Positions 1-10,849 of a stretch of DNA of 64,000 nt are shown piece after piece. The DNA lies in the NCBI GenBank assembly GCA_900617105.1, contig UYFQ01000001.1:186001-250000 (forward strand), in the 5' to 3' direction. Each line of letters begins with the position of its first letter. Position 1 is the stretch's first letter. Both the position numbers and the translations under genes were made by a program. A model generated the notes under the pieces. It was not told the origin of the DNA. It saw only the letters and a list, made by a program, of their open reading frames with translations, and did no database searches. The stretch comes from Hydrurus foetidus. Lineage: Eukaryota.

Positions 1-8
1 TGGCTGCG

Positions 9-830
9 GTGGATGCACAGGGTTGGATCACGCGCTCAGCCAATGCACGGTGGATGAACGCTTGGGGTTGGGTGCAGTGGCTGGTTCTTGCAGCGGGGGC
101 GGGCGGGGTAGCGTGGTTTGCACACCAGCACGAAAGTCATACCCAGTTGGTTTTGGATGACTCGGCGTTGACGTATCAGCCTTGGCGGGGCAAGGGCTGG
201 CAGTTTCCCTTGGTGGATTTGCGCAGCGGGGCGATTCGGGTGCTTTCCTCGGATTGGGGAGGCATCAAAACTGGCCGCCTAGCTGCCACTGGGTCTGGGC
301 CGACCGTGTCGATTGTGCCGTCGTACTGGTTTGCCGATTGTGGGGGCGATAGTTTGTGGGCTGACCCGGTAGCCCGTGAACCACAGTCCTTGTCGGACGG
401 GTGGTTTCACAAATTCAGCATGAACGAGCGCCGAGCGCAGTTTGAAGCGCTGCCTTTGGTTGTGGCTTTGCGTTCGCGTGGTGTGCCGCTGCTAGAACTG
501 CCGTCCCCGTCTGCATCGGATGAAAACGCTTACCCAGGAATGGCTATTGGCTTGGAGGCTATGGGCGGTGAACTCGGTGTCACCGTGCTTTTTCTAGATT
601 TGTTTTTTCTGTTTGCCACTACTTGGGCTTGGATTCCCTTTTTTTGCGGCTTGATCGTGGGGATTTTGACGGGTTTAGGGCTGTTCCAGTGGCTGCGTCA
701 AGAGCGTGTTGAGGGCCATGAAAGTGAACCGTTGCCGCTCAAAATCATGCGCTATCAACTGTTTGTAGCGTGCTTTTGGGGCTTTAGTGCCTTTTGTTTT
801 GCCTACGGTGCTCTTGCCGGGCTCCTTTAG
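9..830 (+). CDS. Hypothetical membrane protein (5' end may lie outside the window)
   Basis: 273-aa ORF with several hydrophobic segments; no family recognised. Confidence 0.6.
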   Translation: MDAQGWITRSANARWMNAWGWVQWLVLAAGAGGVAWFAHQHESHTQLVLDDSALTYQPWRGKGWQFPLVDLRSGAIRVLSSDWGGIKTGRLAATGSGPTVSIVPSYWFADCGGDSLWADPVAREPQSLSDGWFHKFSMNERRAQFEALPLVVALRSRGVPLLELPSPSASDENAYPGMAIGLEAMGGELGVTVLFLDLFFLFATTWAWIPFFCGLIVGILTGLGLFQWLRQERVEGHESEPLPLKIMRYQLFVACFWGFSAFCFAYGALAGLL

Positions 831-836
831 TTCTGT

Positions 837-1078
837 ATGACAGCTCCCATCCCCATCCCCTGCCTCGCCCACCTCCACGACCTCGCCCACCAAGGCAAGC
901 GCGTCATCCTCGGTTTGGTGGGCTGCCCTGGCTCTGGCAAATCGACCTTGGCGGAGGCTTTGCAGCAGGCTTTTCAGGGGCGCAGCCAAGTGGTGCCTAT
1001 GGACGGTTTTCATTTGACGCAGAGCGCGTCTGGCTGCTCGGCATGAGCGCTTTGGGCGCGACCGACAAGCGGCGCTGA
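837..1078 (+). pseudogene. Truncated P-loop nucleoside/sugar kinase (YggC/FrcK-like)
   Basis: Walker A GCPGSGKST and PMDGFHL motif, then stop at 1046; rest of domain absent. Confidence 0.7.
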
Positions 1079-1249
1079 ACTGGGTGGCGCAGACCGATGA
1101 GCCGAATGCGCTGCTGATTGAGGCGACAAAGGGGCGGGCGCATCGTATATTCCAATGGGCGGCTTAGCTGTTTTTTTGTTTTAGTTGTCACTTCTTGCCT
1201 GTGTGATTGAATTCGCCGGTTCTTTTCTTCTTCATGCCTCGTTTGCAGA

Positions 1250-2179
1250 TTGCCCATCTTGCCTCGTTCCAAACCCCACCTCTCTCACACCCAAGCCGTC
1301 GCGCTGATGGTCGCTGTCACCCTGATGTGGTCGATGGCCGGAGTCGTTAGCCGCCACTTGGAGCAGGCTCGCAGTTTCGAGATCACTTTCTGGCGCAGCT
1401 TCTTTACCGTGCTGTCGTTGCTGGTGATTTTGCCGTTATGGCGTGGTGTCGCCGTCTTCAAAACCCTGCCTTGGCGCAGCACGGTGTTTTGGCTCTCTGG
1501 TCTGTGCTGGAGCGTGATGTTCACCGCCTTCATGCTGGCGTTGACGCTTACCAGCGTGGCCAATGTGCTGGTCACGATGTCGGTCGGGCCGTTGCTCACC
1601 GCCTTGTTTTCTCGGATCTTCATCGGTCACCGCCTCGCACCTCGTACCTGGGGGGCAATTGGTGTTGCCGGTTTTGGCATTGCTTACATGCAGTCCGCCA
1701 ACCTCAGCATGGCGAACACGCAGGCTGCTGAAGGGGCTTGGGTAGGGTTTTTGGTGGCCGCTTGCGTGCCGATTGCCGGGGCTTTGCAGTGGACGCTGAT
1801 GCAGCACAGCCAAAAAGCGAGTCAACAGGCGGTCAAGCTGGATTTGGTGCCTTGCGTGCTGGTGGGGGCCGTGTTGTCTACTCTGGTCACGCTGCCCTTG
1901 GCTTTCCCGTTTCAGGCGACGGCGCACGATGTGGGGCTGCTGGCCTTGCTCGGTTTGGTGCAGTTGGCGGTGCCCTGTGTGCTGTCAGTGCAGTGTGCTA
2001 CCGTGCTGAAGGCTCCCGAGTTGTCTTTGCTGCAATTGCTGGAGGTGATCTTCGGTATTTTGTTGGTGTGGATCGGTGCAGGGGAAGCCCCCAGTGCCAC
2101 CGTGCTGACCGGTGGCGTGCTGGTCATCGGTGCGTTGGTAAGCAATGAAATTTTGGCTTGGAGACTTAAAAATGGCTGA
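1250..2179 (+). CDS. DMT/EamA family transporter
   Basis: About 10 TM segments, EamA-like pattern. Confidence 0.85.
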   Translation: MPILPRSKPHLSHTQAVALMVAVTLMWSMAGVVSRHLEQARSFEITFWRSFFTVLSLLVILPLWRGVAVFKTLPWRSTVFWLSGLCWSVMFTAFMLALTLTSVANVLVTMSVGPLLTALFSRIFIGHRLAPRTWGAIGVAGFGIAYMQSANLSMANTQAAEGAWVGFLVAACVPIAGALQWTLMQHSQKASQQAVKLDLVPCVLVGAVLSTLVTLPLAFPFQATAHDVGLLALLGLVQLAVPCVLSVQCATVLKAPELSLLQLLEVIFGILLVWIGAGEAPSATVLTGGVLVIGALVSNEILAWRLKNG

Positions 2180-3326
2180 TGCCTTGAATACTGTGGTAAT
2201 GGAAGTTCAGGGGCGAATGGGCTTGGTGACGCTGAACCGTCCCCAAGCGCTCAACGCTTTGAGCTTGGACATGATCCGCCAACTGACCACGGGCCTGCTG
2301 GCGTGGCGCGACGACCGCCAAGTGCTGGCTGTGGCCATACGTGGCATGGGCAAAGCCACTGACGGCAACCCTGCGGGCATACCCTTTGGTGCATTTTGTG
2401 CGGGGGGTGATATCCGCTTTTTCCACCAAGCTGCGCTCGCAGGTGATCCTGTGCTGGAGGATTTTTTCACCGAGGAATACACCCTCAACCATCTGATACA
2501 CACCTACCCCAAACCCTTCATGGCAGTGATGGACGGCATTGTGATGGGCGGGGGCATGGGCTTGGCCCAAGGGGCCAGCCTGCGCATCGTGACCGAGCGC
2601 ACCAAGATGGCCATGCCTGAGGCTGCGATTGGCCTGTTCCCTGACGTGGGTGGAGGCTACTTTTTAAGCCGTGCCCCAGGCCGCATTGGCGAGTATTTGG
2701 GCCTCACAGGCAGTGTCATCACAGGGCGCCAAGCGGTGGCCTGGGGTTTGGCGGACGGCTATATGGAATCCCAGCAACTGGTCAATATCTGGGCCAAGAT
2801 TGCCAGCTCACCCTTTGAGACCGGGGATGCTGCTGAGCATTGGTTTGCTACTCAATTCATAGCTGACCATGCGCATAAACCCAGCAGCAGAGGCCAAATT
2901 GATGCTGTTTTTAGCCTCGATACCGTAGCCGCTATGCTGCAAGCGTTGGATGCGATCGCTGATGCGGGCGACGCGACCCCAGCTGGTAGCTGCGCAGGCG
3001 CAGCCTGGGCCAAGGCCACGGCCACCGTCTTGCGCCAGCGCAGCCCGTTGATGCTGCATGTGGTGTTGGAGCACATTCGCCGCGCCCGTCACATCGGTTT
3101 GGCCGACGATTTGCGCATGGAGCGTGACATGGTGCGCCACTGCTTTCAGCTGCGCCCAGGGCTGGCCAGTGAAACGGTGGAAGGCATTCGTGCGTTGGCC
3201 GTGGACAAAGACCACAGCCCGAAGTGGAACCCTGCGCAACTTGAAGCGGTAACGCCTGACATGGTGTCCCCGTTTTTCGTCAGCCCCTGGCCTTCTCACG
3301 CGCATCCGCTGCGGCATTTGGGCTGA
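2172..3326 (+). CDS. Enoyl-CoA hydratase / 3-hydroxyisobutyryl-CoA hydrolase family
   Basis: LNRPQALNAL, FCAGGD, MGGGMG, MPEAAIGLFPDVG, EGIRALAVDKD motifs. Confidence 0.9.
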   Translation: MADALNTVVMEVQGRMGLVTLNRPQALNALSLDMIRQLTTGLLAWRDDRQVLAVAIRGMGKATDGNPAGIPFGAFCAGGDIRFFHQAALAGDPVLEDFFTEEYTLNHLIHTYPKPFMAVMDGIVMGGGMGLAQGASLRIVTERTKMAMPEAAIGLFPDVGGGYFLSRAPGRIGEYLGLTGSVITGRQAVAWGLADGYMESQQLVNIWAKIASSPFETGDAAEHWFATQFIADHAHKPSSRGQIDAVFSLDTVAAMLQALDAIADAGDATPAGSCAGAAWAKATATVLRQRSPLMLHVVLEHIRRARHIGLADDLRMERDMVRHCFQLRPGLASETVEGIRALAVDKDHSPKWNPAQLEAVTPDMVSPFFVSPWPSHAHPLRHLG

Positions 3327-3378
3327 GTGGGCAGAACGCCTTCCTCCTTTGGGGGAAGGTTGGGATGGGGGCTTTAAC

Positions 3379-3822
3379 TCAGTCGCGCCCTGCATCTGGC
3401 GACAGCATCGCCAGTACAAAATCAGGCAGCTGAGGTGTCTTCAATGCGGTAGCCAGTACCGTGCCCAGCGATACCAGCCGCCAAGGCCGCAACAGCACCG
3501 TTGCCACGCCCACGCCTGCTGCAATGCCTACCAGCTTCACGGGGTGTTCTTGGGCGAATTGGCTGAGCACGGGACGGGCAATGCCCAGGGCCAAGTTCAC
3601 GGGGTGGTGTTGCCACCACGTGCGTGCTGCATGTTGAAGGATGTGCCACGTTGCATTGGCGGTGCTGTGGTGCTGAGCCGCTGCAGCATCGTCGTCAAAA
3701 TCATCGGTTTCTGAAGCGTAGGCGGGCTGTGCTGCCCGTTTGTCGCGCGTCATGTGCTTGACCATCGCCTTGCGGCTGATCGCCAAGCGCTGTTGGGGGG
3801 TGAGGTGGGCGGTGTTGACCAT
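3379..3822 (-). CDS. YqjK-like hypothetical protein
   Basis: Third gene of an elaB/yqjE-like trio; C-terminal hydrophobic segment. Confidence 0.6.
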   Translation of the reverse strand: MVNTAHLTPQQRLAISRKAMVKHMTRDKRAAQPAYASETDDFDDDAAAAQHHSTANATWHILQHAARTWWQHHPVNLALGIARPVLSQFAQEHPVKLVGIAAGVGVATVLLRPWRLVSLGTVLATALKTPQLPDFVLAMLSPDAGRD

Positions 3823-3832
3823 GCCTGTACCT

Positions 3833-4198
3833 CTAGCGTACCTCGCGCAAGGCGCGGGTGTCGTTGTCAATTTGGGCGCTCAACTCCGGGAAGCGTTCGC
3901 TGCTCAAAGGCTTGCGGGCCGCCATGTACGCGATAAGCGTCAATAGCAGTGCACAACCCGGCACGGCCACCAAGATCCAGTGGAATTGGTTGTGCATCAC
4001 ACCGAACATCAGCGCAGTGCCTGCCAGCCCTAAAAATACCACCGCAGCCAACGCCGTCAGCAGCCAGGCTACCGTGCGGCTTAGCAGTTCAACCCCTGCG
4101 CTGGACGCTTCTTGTCGGAACAACGCGGCATAAGCTGAGAGGTGGTCAACGACCAGATCAGGGCGGTGAATCAGCGTTGAAAAAAGAGGGTGCAGCAT
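3833..4198 (-). CDS. YqjE / phage-holin-like two-TM membrane protein
   Basis: Two TM helices, downstream of a DUF883-like gene. Confidence 0.7.
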   Translation of the reverse strand: MLHPLFSTLIHRPDLVVDHLSAYAALFRQEASSAGVELLSRTVAWLLTALAAVVFLGLAGTALMFGVMHNQFHWILVAVPGCALLLTLIAYMAARKPLSSERFPELSAQIDNDTRALREVR

Positions 4199-4209
4199 GG
4201 GGCTGGATG

Positions 4210-4587
4210 TCAGTAGCGGTTGCGGTTGCGTGAGGCAGAAACGGCCAGAGCAACAGCAGCTCCTACAGCGGCTGCTATCAAAATGGAGCGCACAGGTTGC
4301 TCGGACACATAGCGGGTGGTGACTCCGGCAGCGCGGGTCAGCGATTGTTGGGCACGGTCTTTGGCTTCAGAGGCCAGATCCAGGCTTTGGCGGGCCAGGG
4401 CTTGGGCTTTTTCAGTCAGCATTTCAACCATCGGGTCAACGCGACCACGCAGGTTGCGCAGGTTGTGCTCAGCTTTGTCGAGGGCATCGTTGGCGTGCTC
4501 ACGGATCGACGCGACGGAATGGGTGGTCGTTTCTGCTGCGCTATCGACAGTGGTTTGGATCGCAGCGGTGTTGGCAGATGAGTTCAT
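4210..4587 (-). CDS. ElaB/YqjD (DUF883) family membrane-anchored protein
   Basis: C-terminal YVSEQPVRSILIAAAVGA tail anchor. Confidence 0.8.
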   Translation of the reverse strand: MNSSANTAAIQTTVDSAAETTTHSVASIREHANDALDKAEHNLRNLRGRVDPMVEMLTEKAQALARQSLDLASEAKDRAQQSLTRAAGVTTRYVSEQPVRSILIAAAVGAAVALAVSASRNRNRY

Positions 4588-4772
4588 GGTGTTCCCTTAT
4601 CTTATGGAATGAGATTGTGAAAATGTGGCGCGTTCGGAAAACTTCAGCAACACCGTACGGTAAGGTGGGTGTCAGCGTCATTCTCCCTTATGCAAACCTC
4701 GCTAAAGGCTTGCCAATGCCATAACGGCAGAAATGATGCAAAAAACGCATGCTGGAGGTTCTTTTGCCGGTG

Positions 4773-5483
4773 TCAAACCCGCTCGAACACCACATCCCAC
4801 ACGCCGTGCCCGAGTTTGATGCCTCGGTTCTCGAACTTGGTCAAAGGCCGGTAGGCCGGTTGTGCGGCATAGCCATCCGCGTTGGTGGCGGTATTGCGCA
4901 GCAAGGGCTCAGCGCTCAGCACTTCCAGTATTTGCTCTGCATAGGGCTGCCAGTCTGTCGCGCAATGCAGGTAGCCACCGGGTTTCAGGCGGGCCGCCAG
5001 CTTGGCGACGAGGGGCGGCTGCACCAAGCGGCGCTTGTTATGGCGGGCTTTGTGCCACGGGTCGGGGAAGAAAATATGCACGCCATCAATGCTTTGCAGC
5101 GGCAGCATGTGGTCGATCACCTCCACCGCATCGTGTTGCAGGATGCGGATGTTGCCCAAACTCTGCTCGTCAATGCGCTTGAGCAAGGCACCGACACCGG
5201 GGGGGTGTACCTCGCAGCACAAGAAATTTTTCTCCGGCATCAGCGCGGCGATATGCGCAGTGGCTTCACCCATGCCAAAGCCAATTTCAAGCACCGTGCT
5301 TGTCTGGCGGGCGTAGGTAGCTACAAAATCAATAGTGGATGCGGTGTACGGCAAGATGAAGCGCGGGCCCAAGTCGGCCAGCGCCTTGGTTTGGCCGGTG
5401 GTGGTGCGCCCGGTGCGCAGCACGTAGCTGCGTTGGGGGCGACGAATCGGCTCTGGGGTAGGGGCAAGGGTGGGGGTGTTCAC
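4773..5483 (-). CDS. trmB: tRNA (guanine-N7)-methyltransferase
   Basis: [31 protein letters not shown] motifs. Confidence 0.97.
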   Translation of the reverse strand: MNTPTLAPTPEPIRRPQRSYVLRTGRTTTGQTKALADLGPRFILPYTASTIDFVATYARQTSTVLEIGFGMGEATAHIAALMPEKNFLCCEVHPPGVGALLKRIDEQSLGNIRILQHDAVEVIDHMLPLQSIDGVHIFFPDPWHKARHNKRRLVQPPLVAKLAARLKPGGYLHCATDWQPYAEQILEVLSAEPLLRNTATNADGYAAQPAYRPLTKFENRGIKLGHGVWDVVFERV

Positions 5484-5540
5484 GGGGCAAGATTGTAGGT
5501 GGGGTACGTGGTCGCGTGAACCACACTGACAGGAGGAGGC

Positions 5541-6080
5541 TCAGTGCCTTAAATAGCGTCTGCGAAGCAGGGGCCACAGCCACAGCAGTTGTACTGTGGC
5601 ATAGGTCAACGTTGCCAGAACCAACGCCAAAAGGGGAAGGCCAACGGCCAAGGGTAAGCCCAGTGTTTGTACCCAGCTCCACAGGGCCGAGAACCAATCT
5701 GTGGCGCTGCCTGCGAATGCGGGTAACTGAGGCAAAGGGTGATCGCCTGGCAATAGCCATTGCCCCAACTGGAACGCCACCATATAGAGCGGGCCAATGG
5801 TCAAGGGGTTGGTGTAGCAGGTCGCCAGGGCACCCGCTATCACATTGCCACGCCACCATGCGCAGGTGACGAACGTACCCACTATTTGCAGTGGCCCTGG
5901 GATGAGGCCACAAAATACGCCTAAGGCTGCACCGCGAGCCAGGGCTTCGCGGTGCAGCTTGAATACACCGCGCGCCTCAAACCAGGGCTGAAATCGACGC
6001 AGCAGTGGGCCTTGCTGCATACGCGCCATGTGTGGCGCTAGCCGATGGAACATGTGTCGAAATTGCCTTGTTTTGAACAT
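5541..6080 (-). CDS. DUF2062 family membrane protein
   Basis: ALARGAALGVFCGLIP and TNPLT motifs. Confidence 0.85.
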   Translation of the reverse strand: MFKTRQFRHMFHRLAPHMARMQQGPLLRRFQPWFEARGVFKLHREALARGAALGVFCGLIPGPLQIVGTFVTCAWWRGNVIAGALATCYTNPLTIGPLYMVAFQLGQWLLPGDHPLPQLPAFAGSATDWFSALWSWVQTLGLPLAVGLPLLALVLATLTYATVQLLWLWPLLRRRYLRH

Positions 6081-6086
6081 GAATGG

Positions 6087-7043
6087 TTAGTTGTGGTGTG
6101 TTTTACGGGTGGTGAGCACAGAGGCAATCATGGAGCCTGCGATCAGGCTGGCCGTCACGCCCAGAGCCACGCCAATCGGGATTTTGTACACGTCGATGAG
6201 CAACATCTTCGTGCCAATAAAACCCAGTACCAGCGCCAAACCGTAAGCCAGCAGGTGAAAGCGATCTGCCAAATCGGCCAGCAAAAAGTACAGCGCCCGC
6301 AATCCCAAAATCGCAAAAATGTTGGCTGTCAATACGATGAAGGGGTCGCTGGTGATGGCAAAAATGGCCGGAATACTGTCCACCGCAAAAATCACATCGG
6401 TGACACCAATCATCACCAAAACCACAAACAGTGGGGTGTAGGCGCGCACACCATTGAGCGAGGTGACAAGCTTTTCGCCGTCAAACTGGGGCGTGATGTT
6501 GATGCGCTTTTGCAGCAACTTGAGCACCGGGTTGTTGGCAATGTCAGGCTCTTTGCCTGCAGCCAGCCACATTTTGATGCCTGTACCGACCAGGAACAGC
6601 CCAAACACATAGAGCAGCCAGTGGAAACTGGCCAGCAGCCATGCTCCAGCCAAGATCAACACCGCCCGCAGCACGATGGCCCCGATGATGCCTGTGATGA
6701 GGGCCCGTTTTTGGTATTCCGCCGGGACTTTGAAGTAGCTGAAAATCATCAAAAAGACAAAGATGTTGTCGATGGATAAGCTCTTTTCCACCAAGTAGCC
6801 GGTGATGAACTGCATCGACACAGTGTTTGCCGTCGCCCGACCTTGTGTGCCATCGACGTACCACCACAGCAGTCCCACAAACACAAAAGCCAGTGAGAAC
6901 CACAGCACGCTCCAGCCTGCGGCTTCCTTCATGCTGACTTTGTGCGCACCTTGTTTTTCCATGACCCAAAGGTCAATGCCGATGGCGACCAAGACAAAGG
7001 CCACAAAGCCTAGCCACATCCACCACGTACCTATTGTTTCCAT
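6087..7043 (-). CDS. TerC/Alx family membrane protein
   Basis: EKSLSIDNIFVF, DVIFAVDSIPAIFAIT, NIFAILGLRALYF. Confidence 0.95.
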   Translation of the reverse strand: METIGTWWMWLGFVAFVLVAIGIDLWVMEKQGAHKVSMKEAAGWSVLWFSLAFVFVGLLWWYVDGTQGRATANTVSMQFITGYLVEKSLSIDNIFVFLMIFSYFKVPAEYQKRALITGIIGAIVLRAVLILAGAWLLASFHWLLYVFGLFLVGTGIKMWLAAGKEPDIANNPVLKLLQKRINITPQFDGEKLVTSLNGVRAYTPLFVVLVMIGVTDVIFAVDSIPAIFAITSDPFIVLTANIFAILGLRALYFLLADLADRFHLLAYGLALVLGFIGTKMLLIDVYKIPIGVALGVTASLIAGSMIASVLTTRKTHHN

Positions 7044-7070
7044 ATCTGCTCGTTTCTGTGTTGTTTCACG

Positions 7071-7949
7071 TTATGGGCTGACACTGGCTTGCAGCGCCGC
7101 AATCCGCGCTTCAATCGGGGGATGCGTGCTGAACAGCTTGCCAATACCGCCCGCAATGCCCATCGCTGCCACGCTTTGCGGCAGGGCACCCGTGTGCAGC
7201 CCACCCAAGCGGGCCAAGGCGTTCACCATCGGTTGCTTGCGGCCCATGAGCTGCGCAGCACCCGCGTCAGCCCGGAACTCGCGGTGGCGGCTGAACCAGG
7301 CTACCACCATGTGCGCCGCAAAGCCCAGTACGATGTCGAGCACCAAGGTCGTCACCATGTAGCCTATGCCAGGGCCGCTGCTGTTTTCATCGTTCTTGCG
7401 CAAAAAGCTGTCCACGGCGTAGCCGATCACCCGGCTCAGGAATACCACAAAGGTGTTCATCACGCCTTGAATCAGCGTCATCGTCACCATGTCACCGTTG
7501 GCGATGTGGGCCACCTCATGGCCCAGCACGGCTTCGATTTCTTCGCGCGTCATGCCTTGCAGCAAGCCTGTGGAAACCGCCACCAGTGCCGAGTTTTTGA
7601 AAGCACCGGTGGCGAAGGCGTTGGGTTCGCCGTCAAAAATACCGACTTCGGGCATGCCGATACCGGCTTTTTCGGACAGGCGACGCACCGTGTCGACTAT
7701 CCAAGCTTCGTCAGCATTGCCAGGCTGCGCAATCACCCGCACCCCGGAAGTCCATTTGGCCATCGGCTTGCTGATGAGCAGCGAGATCAGGGCGCCGCCA
7801 AAACCCATCACCAGCGCAAAACCCAGCAAGGCGCCCAAGTTAAGGCCGCTGCTGGTCAGGTAGCGGTTGACACCCAGCAGGCTGGCGACCAGACCCAGCA
7901 CGGCGACCACCGCGACGTTGGTCAAGACGAATAACAAAATGCGTTTCAT
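7071..7949 (-). CDS. htpX: Membrane zinc protease HtpX
   Basis: PNAFATG, HEVAH zinc motif, REFRAD, STHPP. Confidence 0.95.
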   Translation of the reverse strand: MKRILLFVLTNVAVVAVLGLVASLLGVNRYLTSSGLNLGALLGFALVMGFGGALISLLISKPMAKWTSGVRVIAQPGNADEAWIVDTVRRLSEKAGIGMPEVGIFDGEPNAFATGAFKNSALVAVSTGLLQGMTREEIEAVLGHEVAHIANGDMVTMTLIQGVMNTFVVFLSRVIGYAVDSFLRKNDENSSGPGIGYMVTTLVLDIVLGFAAHMVVAWFSRHREFRADAGAAQLMGRKQPMVNALARLGGLHTGALPQSVAAMGIAGGIGKLFSTHPPIEARIAALQASVSP

Positions 7950-8087
7950 AAAGGGCTTTCAAAAAGTGAGGCCAGAATTAAAGCCTCAAGTGGCTCAACA
8001 ATAGCACCCTTAATGCCTTTTAAAAAGCAGATAATTTTTGTCAATAACTTCGGTAAAACAGAACAATATGTCAGCTGTGAACGCTCT

Positions 8088-8972
8088 ATGAGCACCACCT
8101 TTAACTACCGCCATCTCTACTACTTCTGGGTCGTCGCCAAAGAAGGTGGCATGGCCCGTGCCGCTGACCGTTTGGGCATGGCGGTACAAACTATCAGTAC
8201 CCAGGTGCGCGAACTGGAGCGTGATTTGGGTTGCGCCTTGCTCAAGCCGCAAGGGCGCGGTGTGGTGCTCACCGAAGCAGGCGCAGCGGCCCTGCACCAG
8301 GCTGACCAAATATTCCAACTTGGTGAGCTGCTGCCCGCTCTGGTGCGCGATGCCATCAGCGCCCCCTCGGTGCGGCTGGCGGTGGGCATTTCAGACGGTG
8401 TACCCAAACTGGTTGTGCGCCGCCTGATGCAACCCGTCATAGATGAGCCAAATTTGCGGTTGCTCGCGCATGAAGACGAGTTTGCAGGTTTGCTGGCCGA
8501 TTTGGCCTTGCATCGCTTGGATGTGGTGCTGTCAGACCGCCCTGCGCCGGTCAACCCCAACCTCAAGGTCTACAGCCATGCGCTGGGCGTGTCCCCGGTG
8601 CATTGGTACGCGCCTGCGACATTGGCCGTCGCTGCATTGCAAAAATTCCCACAGAGCTTGGCCCATGTGCCAGTGCTTTTACCGACCCCTCACTCCGCCA
8701 TGCGGGCACGCTTGGACGCTTGGTTTGAGCGCTTCGGTATCCGGCCCCGTGTGGTGGGTGAGTTTGAAGACAGCGCTTTGTTGGCGACCTTTGGTGCCGG
8801 GGGCATGGGCATTTTTCCTGCTGCGCAATGGATTGAAGAGGAGTTGATCGAGCGTTACAGCCTGGTGTGCATCGGCGAATGCACCGGCGTTGAAGAGCAC
8901 TTCTTCGCCATTGGCACCGAGAAAAAAGTGCTGCACCCGCTGGTGCAGCGGTTGTTGCCTGCTCGGATTTGA
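8088..8972 (+). CDS. nhaR: NhaR-like LysR regulator, divergent from htpX-terC
   Basis: FNYRHLYYFWVVAKEG N-terminus; VGEFEDSALL. Confidence 0.85.
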   Translation: MSTTFNYRHLYYFWVVAKEGGMARAADRLGMAVQTISTQVRELERDLGCALLKPQGRGVVLTEAGAAALHQADQIFQLGELLPALVRDAISAPSVRLAVGISDGVPKLVVRRLMQPVIDEPNLRLLAHEDEFAGLLADLALHRLDVVLSDRPAPVNPNLKVYSHALGVSPVHWYAPATLAVAALQKFPQSLAHVPVLLPTPHSAMRARLDAWFERFGIRPRVVGEFEDSALLATFGAGGMGIFPAAQWIEEELIERYSLVCIGECTGVEEHFFAIGTEKKVLHPLVQRLLPARI

Positions 8973-9225
8973 GCGACGTAAGGGTTAGGAGTCTGGGCGG
9001 CAGAAACTAGGGTTGCCACAGATAACTTGATTTGAGGGGGCGCGTTAATGTGGGATGAGCACCAGCTACGTTCCTTATCAGCCCGCTCGGCTGGAAGTGC
9101 GTCAACGCCCGCACGAGTCAGCCCATAGGAGCGCCTCTGGCTATTCACCCGCCCAAGACAGTCGATCAGACTGGTGATGACGCTGCCCAGGCCTTTGGCA
9201 CTTGGCAAGTCAGCACCGGCGCGCC

Positions 9226-10842
9226 TCAGGATAGAGAGGCTCCTGCCAATGACTGGCGGATCAGGTCGGCTGCTCGCTCAGCAACCATGATGATGGGCGC
9301 ATTGGTATTGCCAGACACGATGCGAGGCATGATTGCACCATCCACAACCCGCAGTCCCTGCACGCCGTGCACCCGCAGCTGGGCATCCACTACGGCTGCT
9401 GCGTCTGTTTGCGGCCCCATGGCACAAGTACCCACTGGGTGAAAGATGCTGCCCGAACGCTGACGTACCCAAGCCAAAATTGCGACGTCAGTGCTAAGGT
9501 CTGCGCCGGGCTCGTGCTCTTGAACTATGTAGCGTGCCAGCGGCTGTGCCCGCGCAATGTCACGCATCTTCCTTACCAATCGAACCGCCAATGCTTGGTC
9601 AGCGTGCGCCGTCAAATAGCCAGGACGAATGCTCGGAGCCACCAAAGGGTCGATCGACTGAATTTCAATCGAACCACGGCTTTCGGGACGCAGCAAACAG
9701 GCTGACAGCGTAATGCCTGAAAACGCATGGGGTGGCTGGTGCGGGCGATCAAAGCTGACCAGACCAAAGTGACACTGCGCCTCTGGCCATGAAGCCGACG
9801 CCTCATCACAAGAAAAAAATGCCCCTGCACGGTATACGCCGGTGTTAAGCGCGCCGCTGCGTGAAGCCATGTATTTGAGGCCTTCACGCAAACTCAACCA
9901 CCGACTGTGCGCGATGTCATTGAGTGTTTCAACGCCAGTGCAGCGGTAAGTGGGGCGTACTTGCAAATGGTCTTGCAGGTTGTGCCCTACGCCTTCTAGA
10001 GCGGCAACCACGTCAATGCCGAATCGCCCCAAAAGCGCTGCAGGCCCGACACCAGAGAGTTGCAGCAGTTGTGGTGATTGAACCGCACCTGCGCATAAAA
10101 CGACTTGCTGCCTCGCCCGCAAATGCTGTGCCTGTCCGGCCTGAACATAGTCCACGCCAACCGCGTGCGTTCCCTCGAAACGCACGCGAGTTGCCTGCGC
10201 GCCAGTCAGAACCGTCAGGTTTGACCGTCCACGCGCCGGCTGCAAATAGGCCCGCGCGGTGCTCATGCGTCGCCCCCGTTGAGTAGTCATTTGAAAATAT
10301 GATGCCCCAGCGTTGTTGCCGCCATTGAAGTCTGCAATGGTAGGAATACCCACGGCGCGTGCTGACGCAATAAAAGCATCCGATAGCGGGTCTCTCGGCA
10401 GGTTAGACACCCACAGCGGGCCACCCGTTCCATCGTGCTCTTGGGGGGCATGTGCTCGGTGCATTGAGCGCTGAAAATAGGGCAGCACACTGTCCCAGTC
10501 CCAGCCAGGATTGCCCAGCTCGGCCCACTGGTCGTAGTCGCGACTATGTCCACGCAGATACAACATGCCATTGATGAGGCTAGAGCCGCCCAGCCCTTTG
10601 CCACGCGGCCAAGGTAAGCGCCGCCCGCCCATCGCATCGTCAGCGTCGGTCTCGAATCGCCAATCAAATCGCGCGTCGCCGACCGTCTTGAAATACCCAA
10701 TCGGGACGTCTACCCACGGCGAACGGCTGGGCTCACCCGCTTCAAGCAAGGTCACCTTGAGTGCGGGGTCTTCGCTCAGACGCGCGGCCAATACGCAACC
10801 CGCTGAGCCTGCGCCCACAATAATGATGTCAGTTGATTGCAT
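9226..10842 (-). CDS. GMC family oxidoreductase (choline dehydrogenase-like)
   Basis: GAGSAG, GKGLGGSSLING, HPVGTC, SGNTNAP. Confidence 0.95.
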   Translation of the reverse strand: MQSTDIIIVGAGSAGCVLAARLSEDPALKVTLLEAGEPSRSPWVDVPIGYFKTVGDARFDWRFETDADDAMGGRRLPWPRGKGLGGSSLINGMLYLRGHSRDYDQWAELGNPGWDWDSVLPYFQRSMHRAHAPQEHDGTGGPLWVSNLPRDPLSDAFIASARAVGIPTIADFNGGNNAGASYFQMTTQRGRRMSTARAYLQPARGRSNLTVLTGAQATRVRFEGTHAVGVDYVQAGQAQHLRARQQVVLCAGAVQSPQLLQLSGVGPAALLGRFGIDVVAALEGVGHNLQDHLQVRPTYRCTGVETLNDIAHSRWLSLREGLKYMASRSGALNTGVYRAGAFFSCDEASASWPEAQCHFGLVSFDRPHQPPHAFSGITLSACLLRPESRGSIEIQSIDPLVAPSIRPGYLTAHADQALAVRLVRKMRDIARAQPLARYIVQEHEPGADLSTDVAILAWVRQRSGSIFHPVGTCAMGPQTDAAAVVDAQLRVHGVQGLRVVDGAIMPRIVSGNTNAPIIMVAERAADLIRQSLAGASLS

Positions 10843-10849
10843 AAGCGCC

